Assembly (NCBI GenBank): GCA_054600435.1
Contig: BAAIJX010000014.1
Location: 124,001 to 188,000, forward strand
DNA: 64,000 bases
Direction of reading: 5' to 3'
DNA from: Neophaeotheca triangularis
Lineage: Eukaryota
The position numbers and the translations under genes are program-made. This document shows, in pieces, positions 47,950 to 59,299 of the stretch. How positions within the stretch are numbered: the stretch's first letter is position 1; the number at the start of each line of letters is the position of its first letter. Below the pieces are notes generated by a model. The model saw only the letters and a list, made by a program, of their open reading frames with translations. It had not been told where the DNA came from and searched no databases.

Positions 47950-50900
47950 ATGAGCGCCGACCATGACGAGATGGTCTTCTCGCCCTTTGACGAAGACACC
48001 CAACTGGGCGACGCAACCGACGCAACCGACGATACCCTGACCACCGATCCCAACCCCAACCCCACTTCCCCCTTCGACAGCAACTTCCTCCCTACCCAAG
48101 ACAGTAGCAAACAGGGCTACGGACCCCCTCCCTACATAGCCGTCCGCCTCTACAAAGACACAGCCCTCATGCGCCGCAAGTCCTCCGCCGCCTCGTCCCG
48201 GCGCAACTCCCTCTCCTCAGCCCACAGCCGCGCCTCCTCTGCCGCCCACCGCCGCACTTCCACCGGCAGCTCCCAAAGCAACGCTGTCGCCCAACACCTC
48301 CGACGAGCCTCCATCATCGAGTCCCGCAAAGCGCGCCTAGCCGACCGTGCTGCGCACGCCGAAGAAGTGCGTTCACGAGCCGCGTTGGCAAAAGCGGCCC
48401 CCAGAGGCAGCAGCAGCGCGAGCGAGGAACGCGCTATTGCGGCGAGGCTGGCAAAGCAGAAGTATCTGGACAAGGTTGCTGCGGCTTGTGCGGAAGAGGT
48501 TGCGAGGGCGAAGCGCATTGCTGAGGAGGTCAGGGGGAGAAAGCAGGAGGAGGAGCGAAAGGCAAGGTTGGAGATGGAGGAGCGCCATGCCGAGGCTGAG
48601 AGGAGGAGGCTAGAGTATCAGAGGGGTTTGGGGGGGAGGAGGCAGTTGAGGGCTGACAGTTCGGGGAAACAGTTGGCGGTTGTGGAGGAGGATGTTTTTG
48701 TTGAGGATGAGGCGGTTGTGGATGAAGAGGTGGATGATGGTGAGGCAGAATTGGTTGTGGCTGGGGAGAATGATGGGGAGGATAGATGGGACGTTGAGGG
48801 GGACGTCATGGCTGGGTCTGAGCTGGACGAGGAAATGGCAAGTAGGAGGATTCAGAGGACTTTCAGACGGCATAGGAGGCGTGCGGTGCTTGAGGAGTAT
48901 GTTGGTATGGATCTGAATGCTCAGAAGGCTGGCAGACTGAATTTTGAGGAGATGACGGCTTTTGTCTCTGAGCCTGGCGTCATTTCCAAAGCTACGGCAA
49001 TGCTCACGCTTCTCGGGCTTCAGGAGAAGAACGATGACAAGGCTTCACTGAATACGCGCACGTTCCTCAGCGCGTATATGATTGTCGGACACCCTGTCGA
49101 GGTTCTTAACAAGACTAACGGCGCGCAGGAGCAGGATCTTGTCGCAAAGGCGCAAGAGCTTACCACTGGCTTTGAGGCCACGCTGAATCGACTTGCTCTT
49201 TGGAATGGATATACGCCAAATCCAACGCAGTTGGAAAGCTTGTCGCAGTCGTACACTGCATACACTTCGGCATTCGCAGCGTGGCGGTTGCAAGACTCTT
49301 CCGTCATGATTGAAGGCATGGTTGCGTCGTTTGTGGAGCTGGATGCCATCTGGCAGACCGTAAAAGACGATAGCAGGGGACAAGTTTCGAATGACTACCG
49401 CGAAGGTATCAGAGATAATCAAGTCATGCTTCTCAGTAGGATTCGCAAACTGGCCGGTCCGGACCGAGCAGATGCCCTGATCAAGAAAGCTATCAGGGAG
49501 AGCAGGAAGCGAAAGCCCAAGAGGCGAGCGCCCGCTGAGGTTCGACCAAGAGGTGTGGAAAGTAGTACTAGCCAGCAGGCTACTCCGTCGACAGAAGTTG
49601 AAGCTGCAAGTCTGGAAGCTACCACATCTTTTACACATCAACCTGATGTGCGGTCCGGCGAACTTTCGAGGCTCTTCACGCCCATGCCAAGTAATCGCAT
49701 CGTAACGCATGAGTTGGCAATCGACAAGGACTACAAGCTGGACGATGCAGCGAACGCTGAGCTCAGAGATCAAGTCTATCGCGCCATTTGCGACAACATG
49801 CGAGCGGGCTTCGAGGTCGGTCAGGGTGCAGCTTGGACTGTATCCGCGGCCGAGAATGTTCGCGAGAAGCTGCTGCGTATGCTTCCTCCAGGAAAACCCA
49901 TGCACAATCTAATCAGCGAGACCATAGACCTGGAAAGCGTCAACCGGCAATGCCAGCAAGGGGTGTTTTCCTACGACAATTTCTTCAGCTTCATGGCTAA
50001 CATACTCCCTAAACTCTGCGCCCCCTATCGTGACGCTGAAATCAAACAGCTATCAGACTTCCTTCTCGAACAATCCGGCGACCTGCACACCATGATCGAA
50101 AAACTCTTCCGTCTCCTCCGCGCAGTTGACCAGCTCTCCCTCGACTACTCCAACTTCATGCTCATGCAAGCCGCCCCAGGCCTAATTAAGGAATCAGGCA
50201 ATTACGAAGCCCGCCTCTTCGCCGCCGACCTCTCCACCGGCGCCACAACCCTCACTCGTACCCGCCGCTTCTGGGCCGAGGCAGCCAGCGCCCTACAAAC
50301 GGAGACCGACCGCCGCGACCCCGAAAGCGTCCGTCTCCAAGTCGACCGCCCAACCCCCCAAAAAATTTATGCACGCGGTCTTGTCGACATAGCAATCGCG
50401 CAAGACCCTCTCGACCTCTCTAACCTCCCAGAAACCCTACATCTCGATGCCCACCGCTTACAAACCTGCCGCAACGACGCCAAACGCATCGTCGTGATCG
50501 GCGGTATCCTGCTAACAGCCAAGAACCTCCTCAAACGCGACGTGCGCAGCCAGTGGAAACCGCAAGCCCAGCGTCTGTGGAGTCTGCTCGAAAATGACGT
50601 CTACACGACATCAACAAACACCCCCGACGACCCCTCCACCCCCGCAGCCAAAGCTCACGCCCTATTACAAACCTCCCACAACCTTCCCCCGCAAACTTCC
50701 CGCCAACTGCTCTCAGCCATAACCCGCTACTTCTCCCAAGCCACGGCGAGCCGCTTCGCAGACCCGGTGCTTAAAGTTCTCTTCCAACGCCTGAAATCGC
50801 ATGTTTTTGCTCGCCTTTCCGCCCGCACGGATGCTGAGAGAGTTCGGTTGGCGTCTGGTGCCACGGATGTTCTGGCGAGTTGTGGGCTTGTGGAGTTTGT

Positions 50901-51018
50901 CGGCAGGGTTGGTGGGGTTGTGGAAGTCTTGGAACGTGTGGGGCGCGTGGATTGGGAGGGGCATGGGTTTGTCTATGAGGGGTTGGAGAAGGAGAGGGGG
51001 GAGCCTGATGGGGTTTGA
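47950..51018 (+). CDS. T-complex 11 (Tcp11/SOK1-like) protein with IQ-like motif
   Basis: 1022-aa ORF; ASRRIQRTFR, RTFLSAYMI..HP, HELAID, LPKLCAPYRD, LDYSNF, LPETLHLDAHRL. Confidence 0.82.
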   Translation: MSADHDEMVFSPFDEDTQLGDATDATDDTLTTDPNPNPTSPFDSNFLPTQDSSKQGYGPPPYIAVRLYKDTALMRRKSSAASSRRNSLSSAHSRASSAAHRRTSTGSSQSNAVAQHLRRASIIESRKARLADRAAHAEEVRSRAALAKAAPRGSSSASEERAIAARLAKQKYLDKVAAACAEEVARAKRIAEEVRGRKQEEERKARLEMEERHAEAERRRLEYQRGLGGRRQLRADSSGKQLAVVEEDVFVEDEAVVDEEVDDGEAELVVAGENDGEDRWDVEGDVMAGSELDEEMASRRIQRTFRRHRRRAVLEEYVGMDLNAQKAGRLNFEEMTAFVSEPGVISKATAMLTLLGLQEKNDDKASLNTRTFLSAYMIVGHPVEVLNKTNGAQEQDLVAKAQELTTGFEATLNRLALWNGYTPNPTQLESLSQSYTAYTSAFAAWRLQDSSVMIEGMVASFVELDAIWQTVKDDSRGQVSNDYREGIRDNQVMLLSRIRKLAGPDRADALIKKAIRESRKRKPKRRAPAEVRPRGVESSTSQQATPSTEVEAASLEATTSFTHQPDVRSGELSRLFTPMPSNRIVTHELAIDKDYKLDDAANAELRDQVYRAICDNMRAGFEVGQGAAWTVSAAENVREKLLRMLPPGKPMHNLISETIDLESVNRQCQQGVFSYDNFFSFMANILPKLCAPYRDAEIKQLSDFLLEQSGDLHTMIEKLFRLLRAVDQLSLDYSNFMLMQAAPGLIKESGNYEARLFAADLSTGATTLTRTRRFWAEAASALQTETDRRDPESVRLQVDRPTPQKIYARGLVDIAIAQDPLDLSNLPETLHLDAHRLQTCRNDAKRIVVIGGILLTAKNLLKRDVRSQWKPQAQRLWSLLENDVYTTSTNTPDDPSTPAAKAHALLQTSHNLPPQTSRQLLSAITRYFSQATASRFADPVLKVLFQRLKSHVFARLSARTDAERVRLASGATDVLASCGLVEFVGRVGGVVEVLERVGRVDWEGHGFVYEGLEKERGEPDGV

Positions 51019-54000
51019 AGGGAAGGAGGGGTTTTCTGCTTTGTTCTGGTTAGTTTGGGGCGCTTTTTGCTTTTTTGCTTTTCAGGGACTGTGTTCAAGT
51101 GAACTGCGGGGACTTGGGGGGACACATTTTGCTGGTTGGGATTCGGTGGCTCACTGCCGGTGTTTCAGGGGCTTGACGATCGCTTACTGCTGACGAAGAC
51201 TATCCCACGTTGCTCTGCTAGCACATCTTCCTGGTGATACTACTATACTATCCTCCACCCGCATGCTACCGTTACTTGCAACTTAAGATGGCAAGTTGTG
51301 AAGTTTTCTGGTTCTCGCTGGCTCCTTGTCCGGTATCTAAAACATCAGTATCTGCTGAATTTGTAGCTACAGGAACTCCTGCAGGTCTTGTGGGCGGATA
51401 TTGGCCGTGAGCTGCGCGTGTCTCTCGTCGTTGTCTTGAATTGGCTGTTGTTTGTGCGGTGCCTTCTCCTGCTTTGCATTCCTTGTCCTGAGGGCCGAGC
51501 TGTGAAGTCTTGGGTTGGATGACTGTCTGCTGTTGCCGGCTCTCGTTTGCGGTTTTCTCGGTGTATTGAGTACGCCAACTAACATACGAAGATAATGGAA
51601 CAACTTCCAAAGGGCGAGGGAGGCAAATGGGCGCCTACAAAAGCAAAAGAGAAACTCCCAGTGGGAGAAGAGAAACCGGGGCACTTAACCCACACGCACC
51701 TTGAATATGTCAATTCAAGGCCGGTTTGCTTCTTTTTTTTTTTTTTTTTTGGAGACTAGGGGAGTCGGGGACTCGAACGTGCGCACTTTGTGGGTGGATT
51801 CTGTTTTGGGTCAGTGAGTCTGTATTAGGACATTTGGGGGTTAGGGGACATACCTTTGAGCCATCGCGCCACTTTCTGGAAGGGTTCATTGCTGAGTTGA
51901 ATATATAGTTAGAATTAATTTTGAGCTGTTAGCCTACTAGCTGCCTCATCTTGCTTGGTTATGAAGGGAGGAGTGAGCCGCATAGTGACGAAGGTAGCCA
52001 AGGCATGAGGTCGGAAGTGAATAGAATGGTGAGGGTATCAGTTTTACCTAGTAAGCAGGGGGATAAATGGCAGTGAAAGGAGTATGAAAAGGGGTGCGAA
52101 TAGAACAGTGATTATGAGAGTGTAGAGAGTCAACGTAGACATTGGGATAGCAATGATGCAACTGAGATAGATACAGACTGATAATAAGCTCGCATGAACT
52201 AGGCAGGATGTCTCTAAAACATCCTTCCCTCCTGCAGTGACCTATCCCATCTGATCAACGAACATGTCTGCCATATAACTATAGCCTCGCTATCTAAGCA
52301 TTCCTATGAGTCTTAGGCAATTATGATAGCATTTCGTGTCCCAGACCTCTCCTCTCAGATCTTGTTCGCAACACCGGCCGGGATCTCTCCACTCCGCGCA
52401 TCGTACTCCTCCTGGAACCACTCACTGCAAGACCTATCCGACGGCCGGAATAGTGACCCTGCCCTGCTTCTGATCCTTCAAGTCTCGAGCATTGATCAAG
52501 CGGCTGTGGTGGAAGCCTAGAGCGCTTGCAGGAGTAATATGCAGCTTAAGCGGGGTCTTAGGCTGGCCCGGGCCCATGCTGCAGTTGCGCATAACGACAA
52601 GTTTGGGGCGGAAGGCGAAGGCGAGGCGGACGACAAGGTCGGGCGAGCGCCCGTGGATGTCATGGTAGGCGCTGGGGCGACACAGTGACCGGCGATTCCG
52701 CGGATGAGTGGCATCACCTCCCTGCCGCTGTCGTTGGCTTCTTTGAGGAGGTAGATGAACCGGCGGTCTGCAAAGACTGGCTGCGGTGTTCGTGGATGGG
52801 AAAGGGGTCCTATGGCATTGATGCCGTTGCGGACGATACTGTGGCATAAGAGCTGCTGTCGCCTCGCCCATCCGTCGGCAGGTTGGCGCCGGTGGGGGTG
52901 TCCGCCATCATGGTGTGGTGCGGCGAAGAGTAGAAGGTGCTGGTTCGAGGTGGAAAGGTAGAAGATCGCTCACGAAGAGTTGCTCAGGAAGAGGTGTCTT
53001 AATACACGGACCGGCAACACGTAAGATTCATGGATGTCAATTCCACGTAAAGTTAATAGAGAGGGAAGTGAATGCCATAAGGGCGTGACATCCTCGACCT
53101 ACAATCTGGGTGGCTAGAATGAAGTCTTGTCTATCCCGCAGTCTCTTAGAACTAGCGCTGAGGCTTCTTGTCGACATCATGTAGTAGTGATAACACTGAT
53201 GGCCATTTACTTCTCCAACAATGGCGTCTGGCGTTGTCTTCGTTCGACGGAAAGGGCTAGCTACTTGAATCCCCGATGCTTGTACGCCGTGGTGTTCAAG
53301 CTGCGTAGCGAGACAGATGCAGATGCAGATGCAGATGGTGAATCCGACGCCCCTGGTCTCTTCTGAGAGGGCTCGACTGGGTGTTGTTTCATCTGCTGCG
53401 CCGGGAGTATGGAGTCTAGAGACTTTCTACTCAACGTGCTCAACGCCGTCGATGTCAGTGAAACCTTTGCATGGAGGTCTAGGACGTAAATGCGACGAAC
53501 GTCAATGGATGATGCCGATTTTGTTCTTCTGGCGACTTTTCAATACATGTGGCACTGCCCAGTTATGCTTTGCACGTTGTGTTGGGTCTCTGTCAAAAGA
53601 ATGGCCAGTCTACAAGAAGGGTTGGAGTTGCTTGTCTGGAAAAGGTCCGCTGTCTCCCGCCAGAATGGCCTTGGATGCCGAGGTTTCTCTTTGAGGCCTC
53701 ATATGCGCCTATTGTTGGATGTAAACATGCCAGGACCAATGCATGGCCAACATGGGATTTTCAAGAGCGATACATTGGCCGAAATGAGCTGCTGATGATG
53801 CCTCAAGGTACTGTTGAACGGTGGTGTCCTAGCAAGACGACTCAGACTCAAACTCTGACCCTGAATCAAAACCGGCCAATACCTTAAGGCAGGTGGTGCA
53901 TCGTCAGAGCTTGACAGCCCGATGTTAGCCTCTAACTTGCCCCAACCAGTAGTACGCTCCCAAGCCTTCGTTCCGAGGTCAGTAAGCCGAAATCGGTAGG

Positions 54001-54080
54001 CCAGGAAACTTCGACGGTTTGAGATATTTCTCTCTTCCCGCGTATTGAGCTCACCCTTGTTCTACATATCTGTAGACAAG

Positions 54081-56555
54081 ATGTTGACAGCAGCGAGGAG
54101 GAGCGCTACGGCGCGCAATGGTTCCATAAGTGGTACTAGACCATCTAACAACATCTTCGCCCTACCAGCGCCACTCCTTCAACTCCTACAAGACCAACGA
54201 CGAACTTTCGCGACCCCGTCAGAAACACCAGCAACCGCGGCAGCCTCAGACCTAGCAGCACGAACACCACCCTACCCCAAACTCCTCAAACGCCTTCATG
54301 AAGTCCGTCGCCTCCTTCCGACCCGACCGCTCACCCTCGCGGAAAAGATACTGTACTCCCATCTCGAATCCCCCGAAGAGAGCCTTCTTACCGGCACCCA
54401 AGATGGCAGGAGCATACGAGGGCAAGCAAACCTCAAGCTCAAGCCCGACAGAGTGGCGATGCAAGATGCGTCGGCGCAGATGGCGCTGTTGCAGTTCATG
54501 TCCTGCGGTCTCCCCTCCACAGCAGTACCCGCCAGCATTCACTGTGATCATATGATCGTGGGCGAGAGAGGAGCGGATACCGATTTGCCGAATAGTATCA
54601 CTGGGAACAAGGAGGTATACGATTTCTTGGAAAGTGCGGCCAAGAAGTATGGAATCGAATTCTGGCCGCCGGGAGCCGGTATCATTCATCAGACTGTTTT
54701 GGAGAACTATTCAGCCCCTGGATTGATGATGCTGGGTACTGACAGTCATACGCCGAACGCTGGTGGTCTGGGTGCTATTGCGATTGGTGTTGGTGGGGCG
54801 GACGCTGTCGATGCGCTCGTCGATGCTCCCTGGGAGCTGAAAGCGCCTCGCGTTTTGGGTGTGAAGCTCACTGGCCAGCTGAGTGGATGGAGCTCGCCCA
54901 AGGATGTGATTCTCAACCTCGCGGGCAAGTTGACGGTTAGGGGTGGCACCGGTTTCATTATCGAGTACTTTGGAGAAGGTCTACAGTCGCTTGGGTGCAC
55001 TGGCATGGCGACAGTGTGCAACATGGGTGCTGAGGTTGGAGCCACCACGTCTCTCTTCCCCTTCTCCCCAGCGCACATTCCCTATCTTGAAGCGACTCAC
55101 CGTGGGCCTATTGCACAGCAAGCTGCTACTATTGCTGGCTCTCCAGGCCCGCACAACCTGCTCAGGCCGGATGATGGCGCGGAGTACGATCAAGTTATTG
55201 AGATTAACCTCTCTGAGCTGGAGCCGCACATCAACGGACCTTTCACGCCCGATCTCTCGACCCCGCTGTCGATGTTCAGCAAAGCGGTCGAGTCCAACAA
55301 TTGGCCCGAGACCTTTGGAGCCGGTCTTATCGGCAGCTGCACCAACAGCTCGTACGCCGACATGACTCGGGCTGAAAGCCTCGTGAAACAGGCAAAGGCT
55401 GCTGGATTGAAGCCCAAGGCCGACTTTTTCATCACACCGGGAAGTGAGCAGATCAGGAGCACTCTTGAGAGGGACAATACCCTCTCAACCTTTGAGGACA
55501 GTGGCGGCATCGTCCTGGCCAACGCATGTGGTCCCTGCATTGGTCAGTGGAAGCGTACCGATGGCGTCGAGAAGGGTATGGAGAATGCCATCTTCAGCTC
55601 GTACAACCGCAACTTCAAGAGCCGAAACGATGGCAACGCAAAGACCATGAACTTTTTGGCTTCTCCAGAGCTGGTGACCGCTATGAGCTATGCCGGCTCG
55701 ACGACCTTCAACCCTATGACAGACACCGTCCCTGGCACCGATTTCCGCTTTGAGCCTCCCCAAGGCCAAGACCTGCCAGCTGCCGGTTTCGCTCAGGGCA
55801 ACCCCAACTTCGAACCTACTCCAGGTGTCCCCGACCCCAGTGTTCCTGTCGCAGTCTCACCCAAATCAGATCGTCTGGCACTCCTTGAGCCTTTCGAACC
55901 GTACCCAATGGAAGGCTCTGGCGAGCTGGAGGGCCTACGTGTACTCGTCAAGGTCAAGGGTCAGTGCACCACAGACACTATCTCTGCTGCGGGACCATGG
56001 CTCAAGTACAAGGGTCATCTTCCCAACATCAGCGAAAACACCCTTATTGGTGCTGTAAATGCCGAGACTGGAGAGACCAACCGTGTCTACGACGTGAAAG
56101 ATACGGAGAGAAAGGAAGGATTTGGAGTCCCAGAGCTAGGACGGCGTTGGAAGGAGCAGGGCCAGCAATGGCTGGTCGTTGCTGAGCACAACTACGGCGA
56201 GGGATCGGCAAGAGAGCACGCCGCTCTGCAGCCACGTTACCTCGGCGGGCGCATCATTCTTTCGAAGTCTTTTGCCCGCATCCACGAGACAAACCTCAAA
56301 AAGCAGGGTGTCGTACCGCTTACCTTTGCAGACGAGGCGGATTACGACAAGGTTGCAGCCTGCGACCAGGTGCGAACGGAGGGTCTAGGTGAGGTGTTGA
56401 AGAGCGGCGGCCAAGGCGAGGTCCATGTCGTTGTGACCAAGAGGGGCGGTGAGGAGGTCAAGATTCCCGTGAAGCATACTTTGTCGAAGGATCAGTGCGG
56501 GTTTATCGTGGCTGGGAGTGCGCTGAATTTGCTGGCCAAGAAAGGGGGAGTGTAG
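54081..56555 (+). CDS. ACO2: Mitochondrial aconitase-family protein, ACO2/AcoB type
   Basis: DRVAMQDASAQMALLQF, SIHCDH, GTDSHTPNAGG, IGSCTNSSY, ANACGPCIGQW, NYGEGSAREHAAL; KYKGHL where ACO1 has KYRGHL. Confidence 0.9.
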   Translation: MLTAARRSATARNGSISGTRPSNNIFALPAPLLQLLQDQRRTFATPSETPATAAASDLAARTPPYPKLLKRLHEVRRLLPTRPLTLAEKILYSHLESPEESLLTGTQDGRSIRGQANLKLKPDRVAMQDASAQMALLQFMSCGLPSTAVPASIHCDHMIVGERGADTDLPNSITGNKEVYDFLESAAKKYGIEFWPPGAGIIHQTVLENYSAPGLMMLGTDSHTPNAGGLGAIAIGVGGADAVDALVDAPWELKAPRVLGVKLTGQLSGWSSPKDVILNLAGKLTVRGGTGFIIEYFGEGLQSLGCTGMATVCNMGAEVGATTSLFPFSPAHIPYLEATHRGPIAQQAATIAGSPGPHNLLRPDDGAEYDQVIEINLSELEPHINGPFTPDLSTPLSMFSKAVESNNWPETFGAGLIGSCTNSSYADMTRAESLVKQAKAAGLKPKADFFITPGSEQIRSTLERDNTLSTFEDSGGIVLANACGPCIGQWKRTDGVEKGMENAIFSSYNRNFKSRNDGNAKTMNFLASPELVTAMSYAGSTTFNPMTDTVPGTDFRFEPPQGQDLPAAGFAQGNPNFEPTPGVPDPSVPVAVSPKSDRLALLEPFEPYPMEGSGELEGLRVLVKVKGQCTTDTISAAGPWLKYKGHLPNISENTLIGAVNAETGETNRVYDVKDTERKEGFGVPELGRRWKEQGQQWLVVAEHNYGEGSAREHAALQPRYLGGRIILSKSFARIHETNLKKQGVVPLTFADEADYDKVAACDQVRTEGLGEVLKSGGQGEVHVVVTKRGGEEVKIPVKHTLSKDQCGFIVAGSALNLLAKKGGV

Positions 56556-56902
56556 ATGAGGCATGTATTGTAAGTGTTATTTCAATAGGAAGGCCTGACT
56601 ATCTCCTACGACGCATATATTTACCTCAAGTGAGGTGTCGAAGAAGTGAGGTCAGTTTAGGCGCGAGGTCACCGGGTCTCGCGTTGTAGGCTGCAAGCAC
56701 CTGGGCGCCTTCCATTCCCAATCAAGCTTACCCACCCAGCAGCACCTTTATTTCGACCTCACACCACCTCCACTTCACCTCAGCTTTTCCCACTTTGCAA
56801 CCTCCACATCCACCAGCACGCTCCCTCTCTCACGCCATCCCTCACCTTCCAGAGCCCATCAGCCTGCGTTCATTGCGAGACAACCTCCACCATACCACAA
56901 CC

Positions 56903-58272
56903 ATGGCTACCCGGCGCTCTACCCGCGCTACAAAGCATGTAGTCACGTACGCCGAGCAATTTGGAGGAGATGGCGATGTCGACGTTCCCATGGAGGCGCC
57001 GGGTGCAACGAAAAAGAAAGAGACTGCCGCGAAGGTCGCTCCGAAGAAGGCTCCCACCAAGGCTAAACAGGTTGCCGCTGCAACCTTGCCATCAACAGAC
57101 TCAGAGATTGTGATGGAAGACGCCCCCGACTCTTCCGCCCCCAGCTCTTCCGCCCCCGACTCTTCCGACGAGAATGGAGAGCTATCTGAGCTTGGGCTCT
57201 CTTCTGATGGGTTGGGGTCCACTCCTGTCAACAAGAAGAAGGCGGCGGGCAAGAAGGCAGCCAGCAAGAAGGTAACTAGCAAGCAGCCTGGCGGCAGCGC
57301 ATCCACGATGAAAGAAGCCGCGCTTGAGCTATCAAAGACCGTCACTCTGTCTACTGGAGAAACGCGCGTTCCACCTCATGGCGTCCTCTACTTGCATTAC
57401 CTCAAGAATATGCCAAAGAAAGACAGTGTCGCCAAGCCTGTGAAGCTTGGCCCACCACCTGGGCCACGCGAGCCGCAGTGGATCGCAAGGGTCAAGCCGG
57501 GCAAATCTGAGACGCGTGCTGCAAGGTAAATTATTCTTCCTGTCGTCTAAGAAGGACCCTGCTAACTTGACGTAGGTACATAGACCAGCCGCCACAGGAG
57601 TACTACGCCTTCCTCGAGCGCGCCACCACCCAGAAGATGTTCATCCTCGAGCGCACCCGAAAGACTCACGAGAACTGCCATGCCGGTCACGACGACTGCC
57701 CTCGGGAGGATATTGAACTTGCCGGTAGCCGGGGAAACGTCTATACCGTCGTCATCTCCCACTTTTGTACTTGCAACTGCCCGGCTATGGTCTACGGTAC
57801 CAATAACAGCGGTACCGAGCAATGCAAGCACATTATCTACGTCCTACACCACGTCCTCAAGGCCAAGGACGACCTCAAGTACCAAGCCGCTTTCCTCACG
57901 TCGGAGTTAAGGGATATCTTCGCCAACGCCCCGAAGATTCTTTCCGAGGCCGTTGAGGAGGTCGAGGACAACGATGGCAATCGCAAGACTGTCGAGGAAG
58001 GGGATGAGTGTCCAATCTGCTGCGTGGAGTTCAAGGAGGAAGAGAAGGTCGTCTGGTGCAAGGCGGCGTGCGGCAACAATGTGCATGCCAAATGTTTCGA
58101 CATGTGGGCCAAGCAGAAGTCTCCCGTCAAATGTCCCTTCTGCCGTACCGATTGGGTGGGCGTTGAGGACGTCGGCAACGGGGAGAGGGCTTTCGTCACG
58201 AAGGTCAAGAAGCCGATTGCTGGTGTCACGTCTAGGTACTTGAACGTAAGGGACCAGCTGGCTTATGATTGA
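56903..58272 (+). CDS. SWIM zinc finger + RING finger protein; 2 exons, intron 57526-57575
   Basis: LAGSRGNVYTV..CTCNCP..QCKHIIYVL (SWIM); CPICC..WCKAACGNNVHAKCFDMW..CPFCR (RING). Intron GTAAAT...GCTAAC...TAG keeps the frame. Confidence 0.88.
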
Positions 58273-58489
58273 GCTTCTCGGCGTGAAAGGTAGAAGACTA
58301 TTTCGCAGAGGGTAAGAGGTAGCTATGATTTCGGGCATGGTGATGACCTCGATTGCTGAACGGGTGACAACGACTTCGCGAGATGGTTTTGCCGGGTAGC
58401 AAGATTTCATGGTAGCCCGTCTATCATGATCGTAAAAGCTAAAATGTTCTTCGAGATACTTCAAGTGGAACACTCATTGCCCAGCCCTT

Positions 58490-58900
58490 GGGTTTTTTTC
58501 AATGCCCAACCGACATGTATTTGTTCTATAGACGACTCCTTGTACTCAATGATACTCCAACCACTCAACGTATCGATGTGCTTGGGCGCCGACGTGCTTG
58601 AATGCCAAGAAAGCCTTCCAATCATTTCACCTGTCGATGTGCCTGAAGGCCGACGTGTCTCTGGTCATCAGTCTCGCCGATGGTTGTTTTCATTGCCCCA
58701 CGAACATGTATCTGTCAACAGACAACTCCTCATGCCCATCATTCCAAATATTCGAGCCATCAATGAGAATTTCGCAGACCTCTTCTCTCCAATGCCCAGA
58801 TAACACTTTCATTCGTAGATGCGTCGTCTGGCCAAAGGATTCTTCCAATCATTCCACCCTTCGATGTACCTATGGACGACAATGCGCTTGAATCCCGCCT
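58490..58900. repeat. Highly diverged tandem repeat, period ~95-100 bp, 4-5 units
   Basis: (C/G)AATGCC-like anchors near 58500, 58600, 58691, 58790, 58890. 58491-58540 resembles 58682-58730. CTTCCAATCATT..TCGATGT recurs at ~58615 and ~58843. Confidence 0.6.
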
Positions 58901-59299
58901 GTCTCGAGGCCATCTATGCGAGCACGCTGCGGGCAATGCCTCACGCATTAATCTTTCTAAACTCCCACCTCGCACCCACTTTATTCCTGCCAGAGGCTCA
59001 CTGCCTTGAAGATTATTGTGCAGAACCGCCTAACCTCGACAGAATGTCTATCAGCATTGCCATACTTTCCGGGAGATTGGACTCTTTACGCCGGCAGAAG
59101 CCATGGTGGATCCCATACAGCACAGGCCAATGTCAAAAAAGAGACGGACCGAATTCCAAGAACAGACTCCCGCACTTCATCGAAATTAATTACAGTGCTC
59201 AAATGAGAACTCTAGACGTCGGATATATGGACCAAAAACGCATAAAAAGCTCAAAAACATGAGTTGTCGCCTCTGTGGATCGAACACAGTACCTCTAGA

